A stretch of 64,000 bases of DNA from Rhodomicrobiaceae bacterium. GTDB lineage: Bacteria > Pseudomonadota > Alphaproteobacteria > Rhizobiales > Rhodomicrobiaceae. How positions within the stretch are numbered: position 1 is the first letter of the stretch; every line of letters starts with the position of its first letter. Below the pieces are notes generated by a model. That model ran no database searches. It saw nothing but the letters and a program-made list of their open reading frames with translations, and was not told where the DNA came from. The translations under genes were made by a program, and so were the position numbers. Location: positions 7,092 through 71,091 of the forward strand of contig JBNKTW010000071.1 in assembly GCA_050298295.1 (NCBI GenBank), read 5' to 3'. Below are positions 1-9,323 of the stretch, one piece after another.

Positions 1-230
1 GTCGTCATGCTATTGGTGAAGTCGCCAACGAAATACCCGATGAGGCCGGACTCGCCCGGAGCGTACTGCTCAAGCCTGATGCCGATCGCCATCAGCCCCG
101 CGACCAGGAACGCGGCCATCGAACCGGCCAGGTAGAGAATGCCAACACGCTTGTGGTCCGTGGTAAAGATCCAAGCGCCTATCCCCCCGCCGGAATGGGC
201 GGGCGCATCGCTGTAAGAAGCTGCCGTCAT
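1..230 (-). CDS. coxA: Heme-copper (cytochrome c) oxidase subunit I, N-terminal part; gene runs off the window
   Basis: Manual translation from ATG at 230: MTAASYSDAPAHSGGGIGAWIFTTDHKRVGILYLAGS..., containing the TTDHKxIGxLY motif of subunit I. Directly follows subunit II. Confidence 0.9.
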   Translation of the reverse strand, partial: MTAASYSDAPAHSGGGIGAWIFTTDHKRVGILYLAGSMAAFLVAGLMAIGIRLEQYAPGESGLIGYFVGDFTNSMT

Positions 231-248
231 AACTCTTTCCCTTCCAAC

Positions 249-1001
249 CTACTTGCCCGCCGTTCCGTCCAGGGACTGGCTTGCGAATTTCAAGGAACCC
301 GCGGCAGCGCTCTTCTGCTTGGCAAGCCATTGCTCGAACTCAGCCTTCGGCAGCGCTCTCACCGTCGCCACCATCTGCGAATGGCCGGTTCCGCAAAACT
401 CCACGCAATCGACCTTCGTTTCCTTCGGCTCATCCGGGTAGAACCACAGGTAGGTGATGCGGCCGGGGATGAGGTCTTCCTTCAGCCGGTACTCGGTCAA
501 GCCGAAGGAGTGGATCACGTCGTCCGCGGTCATGCGCAGGACGACCGGCTTGCCCACCTCGACGACGAGTTCGCTGCCGGTGACGCCGTTGCCGTAGTCG
601 AATTCGAAGTACCACTGGCGGCCCGTCACCTTCACTTCGACGGCGTTCTTGGGCACGATGCGCTGCACGTTCCAGAGCGTCCAGCCCTTGCCGAACAGCA
701 GAAGGTCGTCCGCGAGGAACAGCGCGCAAGGAATGAGGATCCAGCCCCATTGCGCCGCCGTGCCCAGGCGCACCGGTTCGCCAACCTGGTCCGGCGACTT
801 CGCACGGTAACGGATCATCATGTAAATGGCCGCCAGGCCGAACGGAATGCCGATCAGCAGGAGGTCATACAGCACTTCCAGCCAGATTTCGTTCCACAAG
901 TGCGTCGGGCTTATGATTTTGCCCTCGGCCGCCAGCGCGGGAACAGCCGACGCCGCCAGCGCCAGGGAACCCAGCAGCAGTCTCTTAGGCCACGTGTTCA
1001 T
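249..1001 (-). CDS. coxB: Cytochrome c oxidase subunit II (CuA)
   Basis: Signal peptide, two TM helices, QWYFEFDY, DVIHSF and the CuA motif CVEFCGTGHSQM. Confidence 0.95.
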   Translation of the reverse strand: MNTWPKRLLLGSLALAASAVPALAAEGKIISPTHLWNEIWLEVLYDLLLIGIPFGLAAIYMMIRYRAKSPDQVGEPVRLGTAAQWGWILIPCALFLADDLLLFGKGWTLWNVQRIVPKNAVEVKVTGRQWYFEFDYGNGVTGSELVVEVGKPVVLRMTADDVIHSFGLTEYRLKEDLIPGRITYLWFYPDEPKETKVDCVEFCGTGHSQMVATVRALPKAEFEQWLAKQKSAAAGSLKFASQSLDGTAGK

Positions 1002-1848
1002 GTTTCGCCCCTTTCATAGCTCTCCCCCTTTTTCTGATTTTGTAGAAGACCATCGAACCGGACAGCGTCAGCAGGCCTGACAGCAGCGCTCCAACACCGA
1101 CATACAAGGGGATGTTGAGCTGATATTTGCCATCCTTGAAGTTGTAGCTGTAGCAAAGCGCCAGCACGAGACTGCTGAAATCGGTGGGCTTGATGTGATC
1201 CAGATTTGCGTCGAGGATCGCGAGTTCAACATCGCGCGAACTGGCGTCTTGCTGATAAAGAACCCGGGCCAGCTTGCCCTCCGGCGAGAAGAACAGGTAC
1301 GCTCCTGGGTGAAGGAACGACTTGTCCTGCGGCGACCAGAAGAACTTGAAGCCAACCCTGTCAGTTTGCTTCTTCAAGCTCTCTTCGCTCTTGAAGGTGG
1401 CGAACGTCCACGCGCCCGCCTGCCCGGGCGTCAAGTCCAGCTTTTCCCTGAACGCCGAGGCCGTCTTTACGGTGTCGTGCCGGTCGAAGGACACGGTGAG
1501 GATGCGGAAGTCCTCCCCCGGCTTCACGGCCGTCACATCCTTCAAAAGCCCGGCAAGGTCCTGGTTGATGACAGAGCAGGTTCCGTCGCAGGTGTAGTAG
1601 GACAGAACCAGGATGAACGGCTTGCCCAGCATCTCCTCCCAGCGGAAAGCGCGCCCCCGGTCATCGGTCAGCTCCGTGCCGGGATCAACCTTGTTCCCGA
1701 GCACGGCCCTCTGATCAATTGTCATCAGCCTGGGATCAATGTCGGAGGCGGGCGGGTGCCACCACTGGCCGGACGCCGGCCCCGCGCCCAGGCTCAGGGT
1801 GAGCGCGGCTCCGGTCAACGCGGCTATGCAGGAAAGCGCACGGCGCAT
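985..1848 (-). CDS. SCO1/SenC family copper chaperone with C-terminal TM extension
   Basis: Start MRRALSC at 1848, inside ORF 985..2094. CxxxC (CDGTC), downstream His (FLHP), C-terminal LCYSYNFKDGKY plus TM helix. Stop overlaps the coxB start. Confidence 0.88.
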   Translation of the reverse strand: MRRALSCIAALTGAALTLSLGAGPASGQWWHPPASDIDPRLMTIDQRAVLGNKVDPGTELTDDRGRAFRWEEMLGKPFILVLSYYTCDGTCSVINQDLAGLLKDVTAVKPGEDFRILTVSFDRHDTVKTASAFREKLDLTPGQAGAWTFATFKSEESLKKQTDRVGFKFFWSPQDKSFLHPGAYLFFSPEGKLARVLYQQDASSRDVELAILDANLDHIKPTDFSSLVLALCYSYNFKDGKYQLNIPLYVGVGALLSGLLTLSGSMVFYKIRKRGRAMKGAKHEHVA

Positions 1849-1865
1849 CGTCACTCTCCCCGGGC

Positions 1866-2645
1866 CTACCAGTAGTAAATCTGGGACGCGACGAAGAACC
1901 AGACCACGTCGACGAAGTGCCAGTACACGCCGGCCAGGTTCACGAGCGTCTTGTGCGGGCGCCCGAACATCGAGCCGAACAGGATCACGATGAAGGCGAG
2001 CAGGCCTAGCGCGACGTGCGTGGCGTGAAAGCCGGTCAGCGAGTAAAACGGCGTCGAATACTGGTTCGTGCCGGGCTTGAAGCCATCGGCCCACAGATGC
2101 GTATACTCGTAGGCCGTGCAGCCTACGAAGGACGCGCCGAGAATGATCGAAAGCAGCAGCCAGAAAGTGAAGCCGCCGCGGCCTTCCTCGTAAGCCTTCT
2201 CCGCCTTATGGTAAGTGAGGCTCGAAGTGACCAGGATCACCGTCATGATGAGCGGCAGCACCTTGTTGATTTCGGGCGTGCCGGCGGGCGGCCAGGGCTG
2301 ATCGACCATGCCGGTCGAGACGCGCAGCGTCCAGTAGCTCGCGAAAAGGCCAAGGAAGATCAGGATTTCGCCGAAGATGAACAGGCTGAGCCCAAGGCTG
2401 TTGAGCGCGGGCGCGGTCGGCTGCCCCATTTCGCTCATCCATTTGGCGATGCCCGCGAGAGCCAGCGGGACCATCAGGCCGGCGCAAACGATTGCGGGCA
2501 GCTTCGCCTCGTAAACGAAGTATGCCGTAAATGCGAGAGTGAAGCACAAAGCCGCGAGCGAGATCGCCGCCGGCGCCCAGCTCCATTCCCAATGATGGGC
2601 CTGTCCATGTCCATGCCCGTGTGCGTCTGCTGCAGGTATCGCCAT
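1866..2645 (-). CDS. coxC: Cytochrome c oxidase subunit III
   Basis: GEILIF, TGFHATHV and YWHFVDVVW motifs; multiple TM helices. Confidence 0.93.
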   Translation of the reverse strand: MAIPAADAHGHGHGQAHHWEWSWAPAAISLAALCFTLAFTAYFVYEAKLPAIVCAGLMVPLALAGIAKWMSEMGQPTAPALNSLGLSLFIFGEILIFLGLFASYWTLRVSTGMVDQPWPPAGTPEINKVLPLIMTVILVTSSLTYHKAEKAYEEGRGGFTFWLLLSIILGASFVGCTAYEYTHLWADGFKPGTNQYSTPFYSLTGFHATHVALGLLAFIVILFGSMFGRPHKTLVNLAGVYWHFVDVVWFFVASQIYYW

Positions 2646-2801
2646 GACTTCGCTCTCCCCGTTCCCCTTCCGTTGCTCTCACACTTCAGCCCTGAGCCGT
2701 GTAACGGACGCCCCCCGGCCTAGCCGCGCCGCGCCCGGAATAGGCAGCCGCGCGCCTTGCTTCCCCACCATCCCCGCATGTCCTGAAACCGCGGCCGCGC
2801 C

Positions 2802-3722
2802 CTAAAAGGCGCCGGCAAGCAGCGCCACGAACAAGGCGAACAGATAGAAGATGGAGAAGCCGAACAGTTTGTATGCCGCCCGGATGCGGCGCTCCGTTTC
2901 CTGCTCGCGCCGGATTGCGAACGCCCGGACCAGGAAGGCCGCGCCCAGCACGGCCGCGAGAGCCGCATAGGCGATGCCCGCGATCCCGAGCAGCGGCGGC
3001 AGGAAGGATGCCGCCACCAGCAGGACGGCGTAGATGGATATCTGGCGGGCTGTCTCGTCGGCCCCCGCCACCACGGGCAGCATCGGGATGTTCGCGCGCT
3101 CGTAGTCCGAAGAGCGGCAGATCGCGAGCGCCCAGAAATGCGGCGGCGTCCAAAGAAAGATGATGAGGAACAGCGATAGCGCGCCAAGGCCTGCGCTTCC
3201 GGTTACGGCCGCCCAGCCGATGACCGGCGGCAAGGCGCCGGCGGCACCGCCAAGCACGATGTTCTGGGCCGTCCTGCGCTTCAGGAACATGGTGTAGAAC
3301 GGCACGTAAATGGCGATGGTCAGCGCCAGCAGCGCCGCGGCGGCGGGATTGACCAGGAGGCCCAGCGTGAGGACGGACAGGACCGAGAGCAGAACCCCGG
3401 TGAATAGCGCGTCCCGCGCCGCAATCCGGTTGGCCGGGATGGGCCGGCCCGCGGTCCGCTGCATGACGCCGTCGATATCGGCGTCGTACCACATGTTCAG
3501 CGCGCCGCATCCGCCAGCACCCGCCGCCATGCAGATGAGCGCCGCCGCCGCGCGGGTTGCATCGATATGGCCGGGGGCTACCGCCATCCCCACAGCGCCG
3601 GTAAAGACCACCAGCGACATGACGCGGGGCTTGAGCAGCGCCAAATGATCCGGAACACGGCCGGCGAGGCCGCCTGGCCTGCGCAACTCGCGGTCAGCTA
3701 CTACCTTGACCAACCCGGACAT
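2802..3722 (-). CDS. ctaB: Protoheme IX farnesyltransferase (heme o synthase)
   Basis: LLKPRVMSLV, NMWYDADIDGVMQRTAGRP, WTPPHFWAL motifs. Start taken at MSGLVK (3722). Confidence 0.96.
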   Translation of the reverse strand: MSGLVKVVADRELRRPGGLAGRVPDHLALLKPRVMSLVVFTGAVGMAVAPGHIDATRAAAALICMAAGAGGCGALNMWYDADIDGVMQRTAGRPIPANRIAARDALFTGVLLSVLSVLTLGLLVNPAAAALLALTIAIYVPFYTMFLKRRTAQNIVLGGAAGALPPVIGWAAVTGSAGLGALSLFLIIFLWTPPHFWALAICRSSDYERANIPMLPVVAGADETARQISIYAVLLVAASFLPPLLGIAGIAYAALAAVLGAAFLVRAFAIRREQETERRIRAAYKLFGFSIFYLFALFVALLAGAF

Positions 3723-3829
3723 CGCCCCCCCGTCCGTTTCCACCCTGTTTTCTTTTTTCCGGCCTGGCGCCGGTTGGGGCATTTTGCCGCCCCTTTAGGG
3801 CAGATTGTCGCATTTTTGACAATAGGGTG

Positions 3830-3843
3830 TTGATATATGTCAA
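3830..3843. promoter_or_regulatory. FNR/FnrL/FixK-type box upstream of ctaB
   Basis: TTGATATATGTCAA, 9/10 match to TTGAT-N4-ATCAA. Confidence 0.75.
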
Positions 3844-4008
3844 CGTCAGACGTTTTTGGAGACTTTTTTGCTTAACCCTTTGTCTAGTCAAAAACCGCTC
3901 TGGCCTGTGCATTTATAGGCTTATGATGCTGTGCTATATGGACTATTTAGCGCGCACATGAACTTAACCGCGACGCACCGGTGCAACGCCCTCACCTCAA
4001 ACTGCGCT

Positions 4009-4022
4009 TTGATATGCGTCAA
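4009..4022. promoter_or_regulatory. Second FNR/FnrL/FixK-type box upstream of the cytochrome c gene
   Basis: TTGATATGCGTCAA, 9/10 match to TTGAT-N4-ATCAA. Confidence 0.7.
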
Positions 4023-4204
4023 CCCTGGACAAGCGCGGCCTTTTGATTTTCATTATTCATTGCGTAGCTGAGGGCAGTTTCCGTGCCGCTTTTGCCTTTC
4101 TAGCCTTCGCCAAAGCAAACCGGGGGGTAGGGACTTGCGGCGCGCCAACGTGAGCGGAATACATCTATTCTTCCTTCCATAACAATAACGCGCGGAGGCA
4201 AATC

Positions 4205-4852
4205 ATGAGGAATACCGGCTTGCGGCTGGCGCTGTCGGCGGGGTTTTTGGCAGCCATTTTACCCGCTGCCAGTAGCGCGCAGGACAGCAGCGAGAAACAA
4301 ATCATCGAGGCGAAGGTCCGTTACTGCAAGGATTGCCACGGCCGGCAGGCCCAGGGTTTCCCAGGCGCCAATCCCGTACCGAGGCTCGCAGGACAGCCCC
4401 TCGCCTATCTTCAAGCCCGGGCGGAAATCATCAGCGGGCACAAGCGCGACAATCCCACGGCCGACACCTTCATGGGCCCGGCCATGGCGAGCATGAAGCC
4501 CGAAAGCCGCACGGCCGTGTTCGAGCATTTCACCACGCTCAATCCCCCTCCCGCCGCCCCAGGCCCGAAGAACCTGGCCGCGGCCGGAAAAAAGATATAC
4601 GACGGCGGCGATCCACAAGCCGGTGTGCCCGCTTGTGCGAGCTGCCATGGCCCGGATGGCAAGGGCTCCGGGCCGGTCCCCCGCGTGGCAGGCCAAATCT
4701 ATCCTTATGCGGTGAAGGTGCTGACAAAGTGGGCTACCATCAACCGGGAGCATGAGAAGAATGGCACCACAGAAGTGAAATCGGCCCGCGAGCATACACT
4801 GCCGCCGCAGCAGATCGATCAGGTTGCGTCTTACATAAGCAACATGAAGTAA
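4205..4852 (+). CDS. Periplasmic diheme cytochrome c4-like protein
   Basis: Signal peptide, two CxxCH motifs (CKDCH, CASCH), PRLAGQ motifs. Confidence 0.92.
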   Translation: MRNTGLRLALSAGFLAAILPAASSAQDSSEKQIIEAKVRYCKDCHGRQAQGFPGANPVPRLAGQPLAYLQARAEIISGHKRDNPTADTFMGPAMASMKPESRTAVFEHFTTLNPPPAAPGPKNLAAAGKKIYDGGDPQAGVPACASCHGPDGKGSGPVPRVAGQIYPYAVKVLTKWATINREHEKNGTTEVKSAREHTLPPQQIDQVASYISNMK

Positions 4853-5406
4853 GGCCCGCCGGGGCGGCCAGTCCGCCGGCGTCCGCGAAGCACATGTGCT
4901 GGCGCGGCCGCCAGCGGCTGCCCGCCGGACCGCCCGGCGGCCTTGCCGCAACGCGTTACCGCAAGTTGAAGCGCACCGCCGCTTCGGCCCCTACGCTATC
5001 TTCCGGCAATCCATCCGGCGGCGGCGGGAACGGGTTCGAACGCTGGAGAAGGCCCAGGGTTTTCCGGCACGGCGCCGCATGGCCGGTGCCGGTTGATGTT
5101 CACAGATGAAAGTCCAGACGTCAGGTTGCGTAATCGGCATCCTTGATGTGCTGGTCCGGAAGGAGGTCCCCAAGGAGCACCGCAAGTTTCAGTAGCGGCT
5201 CGACGAGCTGGTAGCGGAATTGACGCACGCGCAGGCTCGGAAGATGATCGCGGCGCTCCAGCAGCGCTGGCGTATGCAGTTTTCTGCCGTCAGGCAATGG
5301 AAAATGGGTGGAAGCCTCTGCGGTTATTGGGTGCGGGGTTGACGCGCGCCCCCCGCCTCCACATAGTCCCCCGCATTCGCAACACTTTGAAACGAAACGC
5401 AAGACA

Positions 5407-7005
5407 ATGACCGCCGCCGCGCACACCCCCGCAGAGCTTGCCGCAAACTCCAAGGCCTGGCCCTTCGAAGAAGCCCGCAAGCTCCTGAAACGGCTTGAAA
5501 AGCGCGGCCCCGGCGGCGAGGTGCTGTTCGAGACCGGCTACGGCCCCTCGGGCCTCCCGCATATCGGCACATTCGGCGAGGTGGCGCGCACCTCCATGGT
5601 GCGGCACGCGCTGCAAACACTGCGCCCGGATGTGAAGACGCGGCTCGTATGCTTCTCCGACGACATGGACGGGCTGCGCAAGGTGCCAACCAATGTGCCG
5701 AACCAGGAACTGCTGGCGAAGTATTTAGAGAAGCCGCTGACGCAAGTGCCCGACCCGTTCGGCACGCACGATAGCTTCGGCGCGCATAATAACGCGCGGC
5801 TGCACGCCTTCCTGGACAGCTTCGGTTTCGAATATGAGTTCCTGTCCTCGACGGAATGCTATAAGTCCGGCCGCTTCGACGAGACGCTCCTGCGGATGCT
5901 GGAAGCATATGACAAGGTGATGGAAATCATCCTGCCGACGCTTGGGCCGGACCGCCGCGAGACCTATTCGCCGTTCCTGCCGGTTTCGCCCACGACCGGC
6001 AAAGTGCTTCAAGTGCCCGTCGAGAAGCGCGACCTCAAGAAGGGCACGATCACCTTCACCGATCCGGACACCAGGAAGAAGCTGGAGCTGCCGGTCACGG
6101 GCGGGCATGTGAAGTGCCAGTGGAAGGCCGACTGGGCCATGCGCTGGGTCGCGCTTGGCGTCGATTACGAGATGGCGGGCAAGGATCTGATCGACAGTGT
6201 TACGCTCTCGTCCAAGATCTGCCGCGCGCTGGGCGGTACGCCGCCGGAGGGCTTCAATTACGAGCTGTTCCTTGACGACAAGGGGCAGAAAATCTCGAAG
6301 TCGAAGGGCAACGGCATCGCGGTGGAGGAATGGCTGGCCTACGCCACGCCCGAAAGCCTCAGCCTTTATATGTTCCAGAAGCCCAAGACGGCGAAACGGC
6401 TCTATTTCGATGTGATCCCGAAGGCCGTGGACGACTATTTCGGCTACCTTGGCAGCTACCAGCAGGAAAGCCCGCAAAAGCAGCTCGAAAACCCGGTCTG
6501 GCACATCCATAACGGCACGCCGCCGCGGCATTCCGTGCCGGTGAGCTTCGGGCTGCTGCTAAACCTCGTCAGCGCATCGAATGCGCATACGGCGGATATT
6601 CTCTGGCAGTTTGTGAAGAACTACGCGCCGGAAGCGAACGCGGAGGATTTCCCGGAGCTGGACCGGCTGATCGGCTTCGCCATCCGTTATTTCGAGGAGC
6701 GCGAGAAGCCGTTCAAGGTCTACCGTGCGCCAACGGAGCTGGAGCGGAAGGCGATGCTTGACTTGCACGGCAGGCTCGCGGAGGCGGACCCATCGCTTAC
6801 CGCCGAGGAACTGCAAGGCATCGTCTACGAAGTTGGCAAATCCTACCCGTTCGAAAACCTGCGCGACTGGTTCAAGGCGCTGTACGAGGTGCTGTTCGGC
6901 GAAAGCCAGGGGCCGCGCTTCGGCTCGTTCATCAAGGCTTACGGTATCGAGAACACGCGCGCGCTGATTGCGGGGCGGCTCCAGCACGCCGAAGCGGCGG
7001 TGTAG
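5407..7005 (+). CDS. lysK: Lysine--tRNA ligase, class I
   Basis: [27 protein letters not shown] (HIGH-like), KISKSKGN. Start at MTAAAH (5407). Confidence 0.97.
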   Translation: MTAAAHTPAELAANSKAWPFEEARKLLKRLEKRGPGGEVLFETGYGPSGLPHIGTFGEVARTSMVRHALQTLRPDVKTRLVCFSDDMDGLRKVPTNVPNQELLAKYLEKPLTQVPDPFGTHDSFGAHNNARLHAFLDSFGFEYEFLSSTECYKSGRFDETLLRMLEAYDKVMEIILPTLGPDRRETYSPFLPVSPTTGKVLQVPVEKRDLKKGTITFTDPDTRKKLELPVTGGHVKCQWKADWAMRWVALGVDYEMAGKDLIDSVTLSSKICRALGGTPPEGFNYELFLDDKGQKISKSKGNGIAVEEWLAYATPESLSLYMFQKPKTAKRLYFDVIPKAVDDYFGYLGSYQQESPQKQLENPVWHIHNGTPPRHSVPVSFGLLLNLVSASNAHTADILWQFVKNYAPEANAEDFPELDRLIGFAIRYFEEREKPFKVYRAPTELERKAMLDLHGRLAEADPSLTAEELQGIVYEVGKSYPFENLRDWFKALYEVLFGESQGPRFGSFIKAYGIENTRALIAGRLQHAEAAV

Positions 7006-7008
7006 GCG

Positions 7009-7515
7009 ATGCCCGCGGCCACGATCTACAAGCTCCTGACGCGCGGGGAATGGGAGGCGGCGCAGGCCGCTGGCGTCTATCGTGGATCGGCGCACGATGC
7101 GCGCGACGGCTTCATCCATTTCTCCACCGCCGCGCAACTCGCGGGGACGGCGCGGAAGTATTTCGCCGGCGTCCCCGGTCTGGTCCTGCTTGCGGTGGAT
7201 GTCGAGGCCCTGAAGAAGCCCCCATCCTGTCCTTCTCCCCAAGGAGAGAAGGGACGCCCGAACTGCCCGCGGCCTGACTCCCTCTCCCATCCGCAAGCGG
7301 ATGCGGACACTTTGGAGAAGCAAGCTCACCAAGGCGAGCTTGCGCGGGAGAGGGCTGGGGTGAGGGGGGATATCCTCTGTTGGGAGCCCGCGCGCGATGG
7401 CGATCTCTTCCCCCACCTTTACGAGGATTTGCCCATTTCCGCAGTGAGAAGCATAATTGCCATACCCCTCGGTGCGGACGGCATTCCCATTCTTCCTGAC
7501 AGGCTTCAGCCATGA
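7009..7515 (+). CDS. DUF952 family protein carrying an in-frame ~52-aa repeat-derived insertion
   Basis: IYKL, DGFIHFST and WEPARDGDLFPHLY motifs; usual position upstream of pyrD; residues ~69-120 are encoded by a palindromic repeat. Confidence 0.9.
   Translation: MPAATIYKLLTRGEWEAAQAAGVYRGSAHDARDGFIHFSTAAQLAGTARKYFAGVPGLVLLAVDVEALKKPPSCPSPQGEKGRPNCPRPDSLSHPQADADTLEKQAHQGELARERAGVRGDILCWEPARDGDLFPHLYEDLPISAVRSIIAIPLGADGIPILPDRLQP
7216..7368. repeat. REP/REPIN-like palindromic element (CCCTCTCCC..GGGAGAGGG family) inside the DUF952 gene
   Basis: CCCCCATCCTGTCCTTCTCCC-CAA-GGAGAGAAGG ... CCCTCTCCC-[two hairpins]-GGGAGAGGGCTGGGGTGAGGGGG; the ends are inverted relative to each other. Confidence 0.85.
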
Positions 7516-8579
7516 ACCGCCTTTGGTCCGCGGCGCAAACCGGCCTATTCCTGCTTGATCCCGAAACAGCGCATGAGATGTCGCTCCGGGCGCTCGAAGC
7601 CGGCATCTACCCGCGCCCCTGCAAACCGGACGATCCGCGCCTTGGCCAAACGCTGTTTGGCCAAACTATCCCCAACCCCATCGGCGTGGCGGCCGGCTAC
7701 GACAAAGACGCGCGCGTCTACAACGCGCTGCTCGCAATGGGCTTCGGTTTCGTGGAGGCCGGCACGCTCACCCCCAAGCCGCAGCCCGGCAATCCGCGCC
7801 CGCGCTCGTTCCGGCTCATCCGCGAACGGGCGATCATCAACCGCATGGGCTTCAACAATGCGGGCCAGACGGCGGCGCAGCTTCGCCTCGCCAGCCGGCC
7901 GCCCAAGGGCGTTCTCGGCATCAATATCGGCGCGAACCGCGACGGCGCCGATCCCATCGCGGACTACGTGGCCGGCGTGCGTGCGCTTGGCCCGCTGGCG
8001 TCCTATCTCGCCATCAACATCTCCTCGCCGAACACGCCGGGCTTGCGCGATCTACAAGCGCCGGAACGTCTCGGCGCCTTGCTGGCGGCTGTTATGGAAG
8101 CGCGGGCGAGCCTGCCGCACCCCGTGCCGGTGCTGGTGAAGCTGGCCCCGGACCTCCACAGCGACGATATTGCGCCCACGATGGCCTGCCTTCTCGCGCA
8201 CAAGGTTGACGGCGCGATCCTCACCAATACCACGCTTTCGCGCGACGGCGTGGAGGCCAGCCCGCATGGCGGCGAAGCCGGCGGGCTTTCCGGCCGGCCG
8301 CTGTTCGCGCGCTCCACGCGCTTCCTCGCTAGGTGCTATCTCGCTACCGGGGGCAAGCTGCCGCTGATCGGCGTAGGCGGCATCGACTCCGCTGAAACCG
8401 CGCTCGCCAAAATCCGCGCCGGCGCCTCGCTGATCCAGCTCTACACCGGCCTCGTCTATGGCGGCCCCGCACTGTTAACGGATATAAAAACCGCCTTGCT
8501 GGGGGAGATCGCGAGAGCGGCCACCCCGCTGGCAAGCTTGGTTGGCTCGGAAGCGGAGCGCTGGGCCGGACCGGCGTAA
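7512..8579 (+). CDS. pyrD: Dihydroorotate dehydrogenase (quinone), class 2
   Basis: NPIGVAAGYDKD, GTLTPKPQPGNPRPR, INRMGFNN, NISSPNTPGLR, GGLSG motifs. Confidence 0.97.
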   Translation: MNRLWSAAQTGLFLLDPETAHEMSLRALEAGIYPRPCKPDDPRLGQTLFGQTIPNPIGVAAGYDKDARVYNALLAMGFGFVEAGTLTPKPQPGNPRPRSFRLIRERAIINRMGFNNAGQTAAQLRLASRPPKGVLGINIGANRDGADPIADYVAGVRALGPLASYLAINISSPNTPGLRDLQAPERLGALLAAVMEARASLPHPVPVLVKLAPDLHSDDIAPTMACLLAHKVDGAILTNTTLSRDGVEASPHGGEAGGLSGRPLFARSTRFLARCYLATGGKLPLIGVGGIDSAETALAKIRAGASLIQLYTGLVYGGPALLTDIKTALLGEIARAATPLASLVGSEAERWAGPA

Positions 8580-8611
8580 TACCGGCCGCCAGAAACAGTG
8601 ACCGCTTCACT

Positions 8612-8694
8612 GTCATTCCCGCGAAAGCGGGAATCGAGGCCAAAACAACGCACTATCCCGTGAACAGGTCGGTCCCCGCTTTCGCGGGAGCGAC
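8612..8694. repeat. REP doublet, GTCATTCCCGCGAAAGCGGGAATC family
   Basis: GTCATTCCCGCGAAAGCGGGAATC ... GTCCCCGCTTTCGCGGGAGCGAC, an inverted pair of hairpins between convergent pyrD and trxA. Confidence 0.85.
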
Positions 8695-8826
8695 GCCAAA
8701 TCGCGGGCAATTTTCCTCTATTTTAGCGCGGATGCGCAGGCGCGGGGATGACGGCGCCAGAGCGAGTGCTACTTCCGGCGGCTTGTGAGCACGCCGGTGA
8801 ACGTTCCTGGTATAAGGGACGCGGTA

Positions 8827-9147
8827 TCAGGTGACGGCCCCGGTAAGCCACGCCTTTAGCTGCTGCTTGGGGAGAGCGCCAACCTTCTGGTCCGCAACCT
8901 GCCCGTTTTTGAACAGAAGAAGGGACGGAATGCCGCGGATATTGTACGCCTGAGCGGTTCCGGGATTGTTGTCGACGTCGAGCTTGACCACCTTCAGCTT
9001 GCCGGCAAGCTCGGTGGACAGTTCCTCCAGGATCGGTGCAATATCCTGGCAGGGGCGGCACCACACGGCCCAAAAATCCACCAGCACAGGCATGTCCGCC
9101 TTCTTGACCTCGCTGTCGAATGTCGCATCTGTTACGGCAGTGACCAT
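8827..9147 (-). CDS. trxA: Thioredoxin
   Basis: [27 protein letters not shown]; 106 aa. Confidence 0.93.
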   Translation of the reverse strand: MVTAVTDATFDSEVKKADMPVLVDFWAVWCRPCQDIAPILEELSTELAGKLKVVKLDVDNNPGTAQAYNIRGIPSLLLFKNGQVADQKVGALPKQQLKAWLTGAVT

Positions 9148-9323
9148 GGATACCCCTATATTTGCGCGGCGCGTGGCCGCATTTCGTTAGCAGGAAATAA
9201 AGAAACGCAAGCGATGACGTCAAGATGTGGGATCTTGCTCAATGCGATTGCGCCGTTAGATAAGCAGCCGGGCCCGCCTGGGAAAAGCGCGAATTCCGCG
9301 CTTTCCAGGCGTTTTCCAGGCCG

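Noticed and set aside
5106-5342. Small plus-strand ORF with an in-frame TAG (5193-5195) just upstream of the class I LysRS, suggesting amber recoding or a pseudogene
   Set aside because: No SD, no recognisable family and no pyl genes in the window; probably chance.
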